Of a stretch of 64,000 nucleotides of DNA, positions 1 through 13,300 are shown piece by piece. How positions within the stretch are numbered: position 1 is the stretch's first letter; every line of letters starts with the position of its first letter. The stretch is from NCBI GenBank assembly GCA_964106915.2, contig OZ066926.1; one strand, written 5' to 3'. Both the position numbers and the translations under genes were made by a program. The stretch comes from Podarcis gaigeae (taxonomy: Eukaryota). The notes beneath the pieces were generated by a model. That model was not told where the DNA came from. It saw only the letters and a list, made by a program, of their open reading frames with translations, and made no database searches.

Positions 1-771
1 GCATGCAGCTACCAGATCAGGGACCCCTGACTTCTATGCCTATTGTGTGCTGAGCATGAATGGCTCAGTAGCACACAATGCATCTTAACGGGGCAGGGCA
101 CATGTGGCATGTTGACACAGGCAAATGTTGTGCCTCTGAAACATGGGGATTTGGCAGACGTGCCCCCTTCTCAACCATTTCATCCAGTGAGGAAAAATAC
201 CAGCTGAGTCAAACTGCAGATGCTGGACAATGAGGCTGTACTGGTAACTCTCTCCAATGGCTGGGACTGAAGTCATCTTATCTTTGTTTCTTTTGTTGTT
301 CTTTTTTTACATTATATACAAAAGTACATTTACAAAGGACAAATAGCTGGAAGCATGCTGGAAAAGTGAGGGAAGATGGGATGGTCAGGGTCTCTGAACT
401 CCTCACATGAGCAACGCCGCGACATTCTCGGTGTAGGTCAGAAATGCATCCAGCTGAGGAAGTTCCCTGAGAAAATGGTCCACACGGCTGTCAGTCATGC
501 AGTGGGGGTAGGCCACCACATGCTGGGGGGGGGGCGCAAATGGAGGTCAAGGAATAGCCGGGGAGCCAGGAACGAAGGCAGCACCTCACATCAAGGAACC
601 CACCCACCCACTCCGCATGTAACTATCGGTTTCCAGGAGCTCACTGTGGCTCAGGCTCTGCGGGGAAGACTTTGAGTACACGACAAACGAGAAGCCGTGT
701 GGAATTGTCCCACCTCTTTTTTTCCTTTTCGGCGGGGGGCTGCCCCAATCCTGAGTGACAGCCACTTCGCA

Positions 772-802
<31 letters not shown>

Positions 803-1444
803 TAAATATACAGACAGCCCTGAAGGTTTTAAAACTGATACAGGGACAGACGGACGACAACACACTCAGGCGGCCTCTCCCTGCCCAGAGAAGGCCTTTT
901 CACATGCGACACAGAATTATCGGGAAGCATGTCTGAATGAGGGAGTGGTTTGGGCAGCGGGAGGGAGTGGTATGCCAAGATATAAAGAGTCCCTCTTGGG
1001 TCAGGCGAGCTGATGTCAACCAGCGTCTGTTGCAGTGGAAGTGTGACCCAGAGGCAAAGTGGGGGGTGGGGGCGGAAATGGGGCGTGAATTACAGTGGTG
1101 GAAATCTCCCTCACACTCCGCACCCATAAGAGCTGCCTGAAAAGACCTTCGAAAGGGGTGGTGGAAAGCAAAAGCAGGCTTGAGCACATGTCCAAGCCCA
1201 GCTGGGGGGCAAGCGAGTGATCAAGCGGGTCCTGGCGCTCAAGCCAGTCCCTCCCCCCCAGTCCTCTTCCCCTGTCTAAACCAAAGCCATATCCTCAGTC
1301 CATCTAGAAGATTCCATGAAATAGTGATTAGCCAGGTGCTCAGGGTTGGGATGGGCTGGAGAGTAAGGCAGGGCTGCCCCTGCCTTGCTGCTGCTGACAT
1401 CTCTGTTTTACTCTTCGGCCTTGCTTCACATGCTCATCCGGCCT

Positions 1445-1549
1445 TCAAATTTCTGTGAGTGCGTCGGCAGGCACCAGGCCTCGCTTTTTGCCACTCGTCA
1501 CCTTGATGAAACCCTCGTTCTCCTTGGACTTCCCCACACCAACACAGAT
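1445..1549 (-). CDS. STAC2: STAC2 last coding exon ([34 protein letters not shown])
   Basis: Acceptor CTCCCAG/ATC; TGA at 1447-1445. Confidence 0.96.
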   Translation of the reverse strand: MCVGVGKSKENEGFIKVTSGKKRGLVPADALTEI

Positions 1550-4500
1550 CTGGGAGGAACAGAAGATGACGGAACGAAACATGAGCAAACAGGTCAAGAT
1601 TTTATCATGCAGAATGCAGCCGGAACAACAACAAAGTCAATCCTTCCTTATTTATTAGGTGGCGCAGGAACTGGTGTCCTCAAAATCTCAGGGTGTTTTT
1701 TTTTTGGGGGGGTGTTGTATTCTTCTTTAAGAAAGCAAGTTTCTAGTCTCAATGGTTGCAAAGAAAAGCTGGAGGCAAAAGGCTTACAACATACAGAGAG
1801 TGTGCATTGCGAATACTCAGCTCCTTGAGTTATGATGGACAAAGTCCCCCTTGATATTCTCATGGAGTAGCTGGTAAAATGTGGCCTGGACAAGGCAACT
1901 GTTAGGTGACTGACTAGCCAAACCCAATGAGTGCTAACAAATGGTTCTTCAACATCCTGGGGGAAAGGGGCAAGTAGGGTGCTGCAGGGTAGCTAACGCT
2001 CCAGAAGACAGCATCAGGATTCTTGGTGACCTTAACAGATCGGAGAACTGGGCCCAAACTAGCAACATGAATTTCAATAAGGATAAATGTAAGGTTCTAC
2101 CCTTAGGCAGGAAGAAACAGTTGCACAAATAGAAGATGGAGCACACATAGTTTTACGTGTGAAAAGGATCTGGGGTCTTAGTAAACCACAAGCTTAACAT
2201 GAGTCAATAGTGTGATGATGCAGCAGCAAAAGAAAGCTAATGTTATTCTAGGCTTCGACAAAAGTATAGTGTCCAGATCAAGGGGTGTAATAGTACCACA
2301 CTATTCGGCCTTGGTCAGACCACACCTGGAGTACTGTGTCCAGTTTGGGGCACCACAATTTAAGTGGGATACTGACAAGGTGGAGCGTGTGGAGAGAAAG
2401 GCAACCGAGATTATCAAGGGTCTGGAAACCAAGCCTTATGAGGAATGGCTGAAGGAGCTGGGTAACAGGAGACTGACAGCCATCTTCAAATATCTCATGG
2501 GCTGTCACATGGAAGATGGAGCAAGCTTGTTTTCTTCTGCTCTGGAGACCAGAAGATTTCAACGGATTCAAGTTATTAGAAAGGAGATTCTGACTAAACA
2601 ACTTTCTGACGATATGATCTGTTCAAGGTGGAACGGACTCCCTTAGGAACTGGTGGACTGTCCTTCCTTGGAGGTTTGTAGGCAGAGGTTGGATGGTCAC
2701 CTGTTATGGATGCTTTAGTTTAGATTCTTTTAGTTTAGACTGCAGGGGGCTGGACTTGGGGGTCCCTTCCCACTCTATGATTCTGTGGTTCTCTCCCTTA
2801 CAAATGAAACAAGCCTCCAATTTCATCCCTCAGCACCATAAAAATCCTTGCACAATCCAGCAGCGGTGCAAATAAAAGAATAACAACAAGGACACAATTT
2901 CCCACTTCATTGACTTCATATACGCGTTGAACATGGTGAACTGATTGTATCCTGCCAGCGATTATGCTGAGGCATTCGCTATCCATATATTCCCTTATAG
3001 GAATAAATAGAATTGATATTTCTACAGCGGCCCTTCATGACATAGAAGGGGTTCCCCCCCCCTTTTGTACCTGGTGGTGTGACTCGAGAGACCTTGTCGC
3101 ATCTATTGTGATTACTATGTTCTTGGTTGATGATGTATACAATCCGCACAGGAGTCAACACCGCCAGTGGTTATCACTGTAACATTTGAGTTGAACACTC
3201 CTGTGCATTCCAAGTCCCCATCCCTCTTGAACTAACAAGGACCTGCTAATGATCTACTCTAAGCCACTCAATCCGCCTGCTTGATATGCCATCCTGCCAG
3301 TCTCAGTGGGCCAAGTGCCAGCAGACAGCATCTTCTGGTGCATCTTAATACACACCTCAGGCAAAGCACAGCAAAGCACGCAAATCTTAGACACAGAAGA
3401 AGCAGGTGGCTTCACACTCGGAACAAAACGAATGAGACCCAGCAAATTCTGAGGCAAACCATAGGAGGAGGAGATGCAAGGGACTCTCTGGAGCTCCTCG
3501 CCTTCTCCTCCAGGGTCTGAACTCTCGTCCTCCTCATTCTTCTTCTTCTTGGGGGTTTAATAGGGAACTCTCCTTACCCACTGTCTCTCAGACCTTGTGG
3601 GGGGCCGGACTATATTGTGTGTGTGTGGGGGGGAGAAATGAATGAATTCCCGTGCCCCACAAATAACCCAGAGATGCATTTTAAATAAAAGGACACATTC
3701 TACTCATGTAAAAACACGCTGATTCCCGGACCATCCGCGGGCCGGATTTAGAAGGTGAATGGGCTAGATCTGGCCCCCAGCCTTAGTTTGCCTACCCATG
3801 TTCTAAGGAGCTGTAGTTTGTCGGAGGAGGCAAACTCTTTTCTTGTTGCTGGGTTCTGACTAAGTGCCTCTTATGGCTCACACTCAGAAGAGAGGACTGA
3901 TAGCCAGGGGGGGGAATGTACATAGGATCCATACTAGACTCCACTTGAGACATCTAGCTCACCTTCAAGTGACAGAAATGTGGCATTTTAGACTGAACTT
4001 TCACATTTGCAAAAACATTGAGCTAGTCCTCTAGAAAGTGGAGGGGGGGTATTGGGCTGTTTTTGTTATGTATTTTGTGTTTTCTATATTGCAATGTTAT
4101 GTTGTGAACCTCCCTGAGACCTGCGGGTATAGGGCAATATACAAATTTAATAAATAAGAATGATAATACAGTCGTACTTTGGAAGTCAAACAGAATCCAT
4201 TCTGGAAGCCTGTTCGACTTCCAAGACGTTTGGAAACCAAATCGCAGTTTCTGATTGGCAGCAGGATCTTCCTGCAGCCAATCAGAAACCGCGGAAGCCC
4301 CGTCAGACATTCAGGTTCCAAAAAAATGTTCGCAAACCGGAACAATCGCTTCCAGGTTTGCGGCGTTCAGCAGCCAAAACGTCCACGTTCCAGGGCATTC
4401 GGGATCCAAGGTAAGACTGTAATTGATGCAGTCTAGAAGAGCGTTAGCTTTTTTTTTGCTGCCACATCACACTGTTAACTCAGGTTAAGCTTGTGGTCCA

Positions 4501-7500
4501 CTAAGACCCCTAGATCCTTATCACATATACCTCTAGTAAGCCAGTTGTCCCTCACCTTTCATTTGTGCAGCTGGTTTTTCCTACTTAAGAACCACCAACC
4601 CTCAGAGGTGCTCGTGCCCTGTTTGCTAGAGGGACTGCTTGGGGGTGTGTCTCCTCCAAGGGCAGGCAATTTGGCAGAGATCCGGCAGCGAGAGAGATTG
4701 AGTGCTCCAGACATACCCGATGGGAGAGAACCGTGACGTTAGTTCACTCCTGGCACACAGACTGGAATCATTACAATCTCTCCTGTTATAAAATTGATAG
4801 CGTTTCATATTGCTTTTGCAATATTTGGTTTCTGCAATGTTAGATGCAACGCGACAAATGACTGAGAAAAGTGACACCATCCCTGCCCTCGAGACAGCAA
4901 GTACCATTGCTCAGTTAACCAAAAGGCAACTCACTGTATTTACTCGAGTTTAATGCACCATCGAATCTAATGTGCACCTCAATTTTCAGAACCTTGAAAC
5001 CAAAAAGAGTATTTGCTGGCGAATGTAATGTGCCATCGAATCTAATGGGCACCTTAATTATCGCAACGTAATTGGCCAAAAAAGGTGAGCATTAGATTCG
5101 AGTAAATACGGTAACATGAGTCAAAGCACACATATCACAATCTTTCTCTACAATCCCCCTCTGTAGCCCATCTGATAGCTCAGTCCAGCAGAGCGTGATA
5201 CTCATATTCTCAGGGTTGTGGGTTTGAGTCCCATGTATGCAAAAGAAAGGAAGGGGCGGGCATAGCTGACCATGTAAACAGACCAGTTTGGTGACATGAA
5301 CTAGGCTTTGAGGAAAAAACACATTAGCAGATATGTAGCTAATTATGTATGAGATGCTATACCTTGGAAAGCCAAAATTCTGCCAGCTTTACATGTGATT
5401 TTTTTAAAAAAACTGCAAATGGCAGTCACTGGGGAGCCTGATCAAGACTGGAGCTGTGGCATACAGGGAGAGCGGCTTTAACACTTCCTGCCCTGCTGCA
5501 GTTCTGACCAATATCACTCCTCTGAAACTGCTCTTTACATTGGCTGCAAAACTCCCAATGGAGGCAAGTTAATATCATGGTGCTTAGCATTGCACGTAGC
5601 TCCAGGTAGAACGCAGGATGCAAACATGTGATCCCTACAGAGCAGGCTTGTCCAACTTCCAAGAGACTGCGATCTACTCCCACTATAAAAAAAACTGGTG
5701 GTGATCTACTGGATTGACCACCTTTTTTAAGTAAGTCAAAATTGTTGGCTTACAATTTTGGATTGAGCTTTTTTTAGTAAGTCAAAATTGTTGAGCTTTT
5801 TGGGTGAGATCAAAGTTGGTTTTTTTTGGGGGGGAGGGGTCCCAAGATCTACCATGATCTACCACAGGCAGCCCACGATCTACCTGTTGGCCATCCCTAC
5901 CCTAGAGTTTTATTCAAAACTACAAGGACTAGAAACGTGCTTTAAAAAAAAAACAACCAAACACGGGATTTTCAGATGTCTATAATGTACAGATACTTTA
6001 TGGGCAAAGAAGGCCCCATATAGGCTGTTTGCTCCTACCTGATTTTCCTTAACGCTGAGCTGACCCTGTTCCTTACTTCCATAGAAAGTCTTGCAGCATC
6101 TCCAGACTGTTTCACCCGGGCGGACCCGCTGCACAAAATTGGCTGGAAAGAAACCCACGCGGTCACCCATCTTCCCCTAGGATACAAAAAAGAAAAAGTG
6201 AGCTATACATACTAACCAGCATTGTCTCTAAAGGCCCATTTGGCCTTCGTGGCTAAGAGAGCCTATGTGCAGCTCCAGCTGGTTCACTAAATACAGCTCT
6301 TCAGAGAGAGAGAGAGAGTGCTTGGATCCAAACTCTGGTTGGGCTACTGAAGTGCATTCTACCTGAAGATGCTCTGAAAGACAGTGGGGCCGTTGCAATA
6401 GGTGCAGATTGCAGCAACACGGGTCAGACTCATTTTTCCCCACTCCTATGTGATCTGCACAATTCAAAGAGATTATGCTTACATACAACTCCCTAAATGC
6501 ATTGAGCCCCAAATATCTGGAGGAGAATCTCCTCCTGTATAGATCTGCTTCGTTGCTGAAATCAGCCAGGGAGGTCCCGTTAGCAGCATCGCTGCTCTCT
6601 GAGCTCCAGAAGGTGGCAGAGCATGAGAGGGCCTTCTCTGTGGTGGGCCCCAGGCTGATGAATTCCCTCCTTTCCAAGGAGCAATATTGCATAGTCACGA
6701 TACATATTTCAGTTATAGCTGAAGAAGCACCTCTTTGCCCCAGGCCTTCGGCGGGGAATGAAAGAGTAACTTGTCAGTTTAATGCTCCTCTCCTCTTTTA
6801 ATTGTCATTGTAATGTTCTCATTCAACTCTCATTGCAATGTTGGTTGATTTAGGCAGATTGATAGTGGTGTTCTCAGTAGGGGTCCAATTGGGCAAGGCT
6901 GTGGGGTCTGCCAGAGTTTCTGAGCAGGTGGGTGGAAATTTGCAAGGTTCAAGCAGTGGGTTCGTTTGTTTGCAATTCTCTGCCCTCTTACTCAATGGAC
7001 AATTTCTGAGAGGCAGAAAAAGTTAAGTTACATTTCACTTTCTTTTTTTAAAATGGTCATTTGTAATAATTGATACTTGGTTAATAAAACCATTTTTAGA
7101 AAATTCAAGGGGAGCACGAAAGAGGCGTAATAGTCTGCCCTTCAAGCCATGAAAGGCTCACCTTTTTTTCTGATATGTGTCAGCTGGTTATGGGGTCGAG
7201 AGAAATACTACACCATGCATAGGCAAACTCAGCCCTTCAGATGTTTTGGGACTACAATTCCCATCATCCCTGACCACTGGTCCTGTTAGCTAGGGATCAT
7301 GGGAGTTGTAGTCCCAAAAACATCTGGAGGGCCGAGTTTGCCTATGCCTGGACTACATGCTCAGAGAGGTTTGCTCTCAATGCTGCAGGAACTCTTGCCT
7401 TTCCAACCTCAGGTGGCATCAAACAGCAAGAGTAGATGTATAAAATTAGATATTTCCACAGTATCACACTGGGGCTTTCTGAAGAAGCACAGGAAAAGCA

Positions 7501-10345
7501 GCAGAGTTGGAGTGGACAGGGCAGCAGAGGGCAAGGCTCCATCTTCTGACTCTTTGTGGGCAGCCCGGAGGCTCTGAAAGTGTGAAGAAGGATGCTCATG
7601 AAACCTGCCATGTTGCTATAGCAACAGGGACAAGGAACCTGATGTGTGTCTGGCTGCCTCAGAGGCCAAGGCCTTTCCCTGAGGGCCTATAAAGTGCGTG
7701 AGAGAGAGACAAAAAAATGGAGGGAGGGAGGTGTGTTAAGGACACTGTGGGCTTGTGGGTATAGACAGAGGAACCCACAAAAAGCAGAACCTTCAGAGCA
7801 AGATGTGCACATTTGCAACTGTGATCAAAGGGGTCCTGAAGGAGAAAAGGGCAGAAGGCATGGTAGCAAAATAGATAAGAATAGGTTTGGGTTTTTTTAA
7901 ATGGACATAGGAAGCACAGGTTCGAATCTCTGTGCCCTCTTCCCTTTATCTCTTAAGGATGTCCTTTATTTATGGAGAGAATATTTATATCCTGCTTTAT
8001 TATTATTTATTGCATTCATACCTCTTCCTCCAAGGAGCTCAAGGCGGCCCACACACTTCTCCCCGTCTCCGTTTTATCCTTCCAGAAACCCCATGAGGTA
8101 GGCTAGGCTGAGAGAGAGAGAGTGAGTGGGCCTCATGGGTGAGTGGTGATTTGAACCCTGGTCTCCCAGGTCGTAGTCCGGGGCCCTAACCACTAAGCTG
8201 CACTGGTTCTTCCCCTAAGAGGCCCCAGAGTGGTTTACGCAGTAAAACTGGAGAAAACAACTGGGATGCTTCTGTTCTGCTCACCTTCCACCAGTCCTCA
8301 TTGGAATCATCCATCAGCATGATTCGATCTCCAGGTCTGAGGAGAGACAGAGAAAGTCACGATTGAGCTCAATGACAGCTTGGGAGTGGGGAGGTGGCGG
8401 CAGATGACAGAAGGTCCCTGCTAAAGGGATGCCATCCTAGCGCCCAAAAGATGCCCACGGGCAGGGGAGGACTTCGGTGGTGCCCTCTGCAAGGCCAAAA
8501 TTAAACATACACACACACACCCCATTGCTTTTCACCTTCCATTCTGCTCAATTCATAGTTGTGAGGACCCCCCAAGCTTGGCACCCAGAGTGGCAGAACT
8601 AGTCACCCTACCCTAAAATCCACCTTTGCTACTGGTAATATACAGTGGTACCTCGGGTTAAGAACTTAATTTGTTCTGGAGGTCCGTTCTTAACCTGAAA
8701 CTGTTCTTAACCTGAGGTACCACTTTAGCTAATGGGGCCTCCTGCTGCCGCTGCACCGCCAGAGCACGATTTCTGTTCTCATCCTGAAGCAAAGTTCTTA
8801 ACCTGAAGCACTATTTCTGGGTTAGCGGAGTCTGTAACCTGAAGCGTATGTAACCCACGGTACCACTGTACATCACCCATCCGCAGCTGGCATCCTCACC
8901 AACTGCCATAATAATATCTAGCCTATAAACAGGACTTTCCCTTAAGCACTCAAAGCACTTCCTTCACATCACCTAAAAGGGCAATCCTAACAAATGCACC
9001 AACTGATGTGTGGTAGGTTTCCTCCTGCTGGCCTCCACCAGCAGTCAGTGGTGTTCATGGGACTTCTTTGCCCAAGCTGCAGAAAAGCCACCACCAAAAG
9101 TTCTCCCCCTGCCCCAAAACCAATCTTAATTTTCTGCTCTCTCTCTTTTTTTAAAGTCAGGTGTTCAATCTGCTCTTGTACATATATTATTGGTGAGAAT
9201 TGTACGTTGTTTTCAGTCTTATTTTTTAAGGTTGGTTTCTGCAAGTCACGTTGAGCTCACCTTTATGAAAAGAGTGGTGAATAAATATAACAAATAAAAG
9301 AGGGGAGTCTCCAAAATGGCATTTTCTTTTTCTTTTCTCACTGATTTTACAGTCATTTTGACATTTTACAAACTGGCTTCCTTCCCCCTCTTTCTACGGT
9401 TCCTTAAATTTATTTTTAATATCTTCTGCATATCCAAATTAACTTAACTTACTCATTTATCTTCTTTCAATATGTACTGTTATGTAGCTGCAGGTTATTA
9501 CAATAATCCTGCCAGTGTTTTTATCTGTTTACAATTTGTCTGTAAATATTCAATAAACCATTTCCACTCTTTTATAAACAGTTTGTTTCTTGATTTCTTA
9601 TTCTTCTGGTAAGTTTTGCCATTTTTGCATTTCCCATATGTTTTTTGTATCCAGACCCAGCAAATGGATACAAAATGGCACTAGCTACAGTCCGCTAGCT
9701 ACAGAGATCTGCCGATTCCTAGAGGGGCCTGGAACTGGTGTAGCAGGGGAAGTAAACAAAACCAAAACTGCCTCCATCTTCTGCCCTCGCAGGTGGATAG
9801 GGCTTCAGAGGCATATAGCGCAGGCATGGGGAACCTTTGGCCCTCCAGTTGTTGCGGAACTACAACTCCCATCAGTCCCAGCAGGCCTGGCCAATGGCCA
9901 GGAGTGATGGGAGTTGTAGTTCACAAACACCTGAGGGCCAAGGGTTCTGCTGCTCCACCTCTCCCTTGATGCCACTCCACCTAGGATTGCTCCGTTAATA
10001 GTTAATAGACTGGCCAGCACTTATTGTTATTCCCAAATTGTGGGTGTGTCTCCACAAATTGTGGGTGTGTTTCCAAAGGCCAGCAAGCAAGTTCCGTTGG
10101 CCAAGGGGACCCACGATCCAAATAATCACCAGCTCCTGAACCAATGGGCTCTCAAGGTGGGCCAAGGGCACCAGACTTACTTCAGGGGTAAATCGTTGAT
10201 CTCCTGAGGCAAAAACTTGTAGAGAGCGACATATGAGTACATGGGCGAGACCTCCTTTCGCGAACAGCCTTGAGTTGACTGTAGGAGGAAGAAAGAACCA
10301 TAAAGAAACACAGAGCTTAGAAATTTTAGCCCAAGCTTTGGGCGC

Positions 10346-10385
<40 letters not shown>

Positions 10386-13300
10386 TTTGGAACTAGGGCT
10401 GCCAACTTTTTAAAAAAACCAGTCTTTTTTTGCTCCTGTACCTTTGGAGAGCAGCATGAACTGAAGGTATAATCCTGCTTCTCTCCATGCTCTAAGAGGC
10501 AGCACCTGCTCACAAGGTTGTGACTGCTGTGTGCCATTTTAAACAACAGACTCGATTCTGGAGCAAACAGATACATCATTCCTGTCCATTTTTCACTAGA
10601 GGCAGGAAAAGAGCACACCCTTAGGTGCCTTGCAAGACAGGTTCTGTTGTGGGTGGGTGCACTTTAGCCTTTTTTAGCATACGCAAAACTGGAAAAGGCT
10701 AAAAATACTTTAAAAATAAATAAATAATCAAGACCTTTCCCAGCCAAGGTGAGGGAAGAGAAATACAATATCTGCTGCGGCTTTTCATCTGCCTTGCCAA
10801 ATGTGCTTTAGCACAATGCGGAGGAAGAAGGATCTCGCTATTTTCCATTTTCAGGGCTGGGTTAGGGCTTCAAAAAGGAATGGCACAGGGTGGGAGGGAC
10901 ATAGCAGGGAAGTGGCAGAATGTAGCAGGAATGGATGTTGATGACATGTGGATGAAGGCATAATTCACCTGTTGCCCTGGGCTCTTTTCTTCCGGCATAG
11001 TGCCCTCACCCTCTGCTGGTGCTGAGAAAACTGAAACAAAATGAGAGGTGGGATATCAGGCTTTGCAAGTTCTCAAGGTGTGTGTGCACTAGTACCAGAC
11101 GGATTGACTTTTCTCTATATCACCTGAAGGAGGTGATGCCATTTACAACTCCTCTCTCCCACTTAAAGCTATGCTACAGGCATTGGAGACGACCTAGGAT
11201 TCGGGGGGGGGGGGGGACCAATCCAAAGTGACATTGGTTCCCATCAGAGTGTAAATGCCTAGGCCAGGGGCCAGCAAACTTTTTCAGGAGGGGGCTGGTC
11301 CACTGTCCCTTCTGGGGGGCCGGAGTATATTTTTATTTTGGGGGGGGGATGAACAAATTCCTATGCCCCACAAATAACCCAGAGATGCATTTTAAATAAA
11401 AGGACACATTCTACTCATGTAAAAACACGCTGATTCCCGGACCGTCCGCGGGCTGGATTTAGAAGGCGATTGGGCCAGATCCGGCCCCCGGGCCTTAGTT
11501 TGCCTACCCATGGCCTAGACACACATTTAGGACCTGACTTCTGGTTTTCTCTCTCACCACTTTCTTCCTCCCCTGCAGCAGAACAGGGAGCTACTCAGAG
11601 AAATTGAGAATTCTAAAATTCCAGATTTGGGCATAGCTATATTTAGGCACCCACAAAGCAAAAGTTAGCATTAGAGCTACGATTCCATACTCTTTTTAAC
11701 ATGGGCTTTGTTTGGGGTACAAAATGTAATTTATTTATTTTTTTATAGTGGCTTTTAAGCTCATGCATGCAATATTCACAACAGATGACATTGAAGAACA
11801 GTCCTAAGCGTGCCCCACTCCACCTCCCAACTCAATATGGATTGAATTTTCCGTGGAACCAGCACTGACAGGGCAACTTTTTAATGTTTAAAAAATGACA
11901 TGAGCACATCGTTTGTTTATTTTTTCACACGAGTTAGAAATAATAATAAATTTTATTTATACCCTGCCCTCCCCAGCCAAGAGTGGGCACAAGGCAGCTA
12001 ACACCAGATATAAAACAATTGATTAAGATACAACTTAAAAACAAGATTAAAATACAACATTAAAATGCAGCCTCATTTCAATAGAAACTCAAATCAAAAA
12101 ATTTTTGGGGATGAAAACGTCAAATCTTCACCAAGGCCAACTATTCAGACTGGTCCAGAAAGACCAGAAACTTTTGGCTTTGCTGCAACCTTTTGCAACT
12201 GATGCTTCCCCACATGCATTAAGCTCTACTTGGGTGGGTAAACATCTGGTGAGGGCTAGTGAGATGGGAATTCTTATCTCTATCATTCCCGTTAACCAAA
12301 AAAACCGTGGCTCTACTCACCATCATCAGGTTGACTTTCCTCTGTTGTCTTTCCAGCACCTTCTGGGTCCTCAGTCACTTCTTCCTTCTCATTCTAAGAG
12401 AGAGATGCACACACGCACAAACACACATGGACATGAGGGAGCAGAACTGAGTAGGAAACAGTTCCTTAACGGTGCAGGACCTATGCCTCTGTGTTCATGT
12501 GACTGAGGTGACTTGCATGGTTTGCCCCATTTAGAAGCCTTGGCTTGCAGCCGTGGAAAATGCCTAGATAAATGAACAAAAGCTTCTTGTATTGTATCTA
12601 TTAGGCAAGAATTATATTGTTGTTGTTGTTGTTGTTGTTGTTGTATTTAAATAGCACAGCACCTAAAAATTGTGGGCAATTATTAATTAGACTTGTAAAA
12701 CACAGGTGACTTTTAAGCTGGGCAATCCACTTCTATTCTTTCCTCGAAACCCAAGTGGGGAGCACAGGCCATCATAAAAGGGTCAGAGCAAAACCACCCC
12801 CTTCTGTTGCCATCTTCCATCATAAGAAGAAAGGAGAGTTCGGGGTGGTGTGGGGAGTATAACGCATTTCCCATAAAATTGTATTTAAAAGAATTCTTGG
12901 GAGGGGGCTGATATAAATTCAAAACGAATTTTGTTCCATTCCTTGTTCCTCCTCACTCCTGGCCCCGCTAAAACCCAAGTCACAAATCATAAGGAGAACT
13001 GGAGTTTTCCCTACAAGTCTGAAGATTCTAGATCCTGGCTTGATACAAACAATTGTGTGTATTGCTTTCTTGATTTCTTATTGGCTTCCACCTGAAGGGC
13101 CAATCAGGGACTGCTAATTATACCTGTTTTGTGTTAGCTCCTCCTCCTCCTCTTTCTGGTGCACGATTTCCTACCCTTCCCCTGCAATCCTTCCCACAAC
13201 CATGCCCTGAATCTCAGACGTGGGATTCCCACAACCCCTGGAATCTTCACCCGTGACTTCTCCTGTCTACCCAAATGCATCTTTTGCAATGGCATGACCA

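Noticed and set aside
285-345. Possible STAC2 polyadenylation region
   Set aside because: AU-rich with TGTA motifs but no canonical AATAAA/ATTAAA on the minus strand; the 3' end cannot be placed.
9995-10618. 207-aa minus-strand ORF
   Set aside because: Overlaps exon 8 in the wrong frame and runs through a microsatellite.
13121-13172. Acidic pseudo-exon ([15 protein letters not shown]) in STAC2 intron 5
   Set aside because: No polypyrimidine tract; the true exon 6 at 12321-12393 fits phase and homology.
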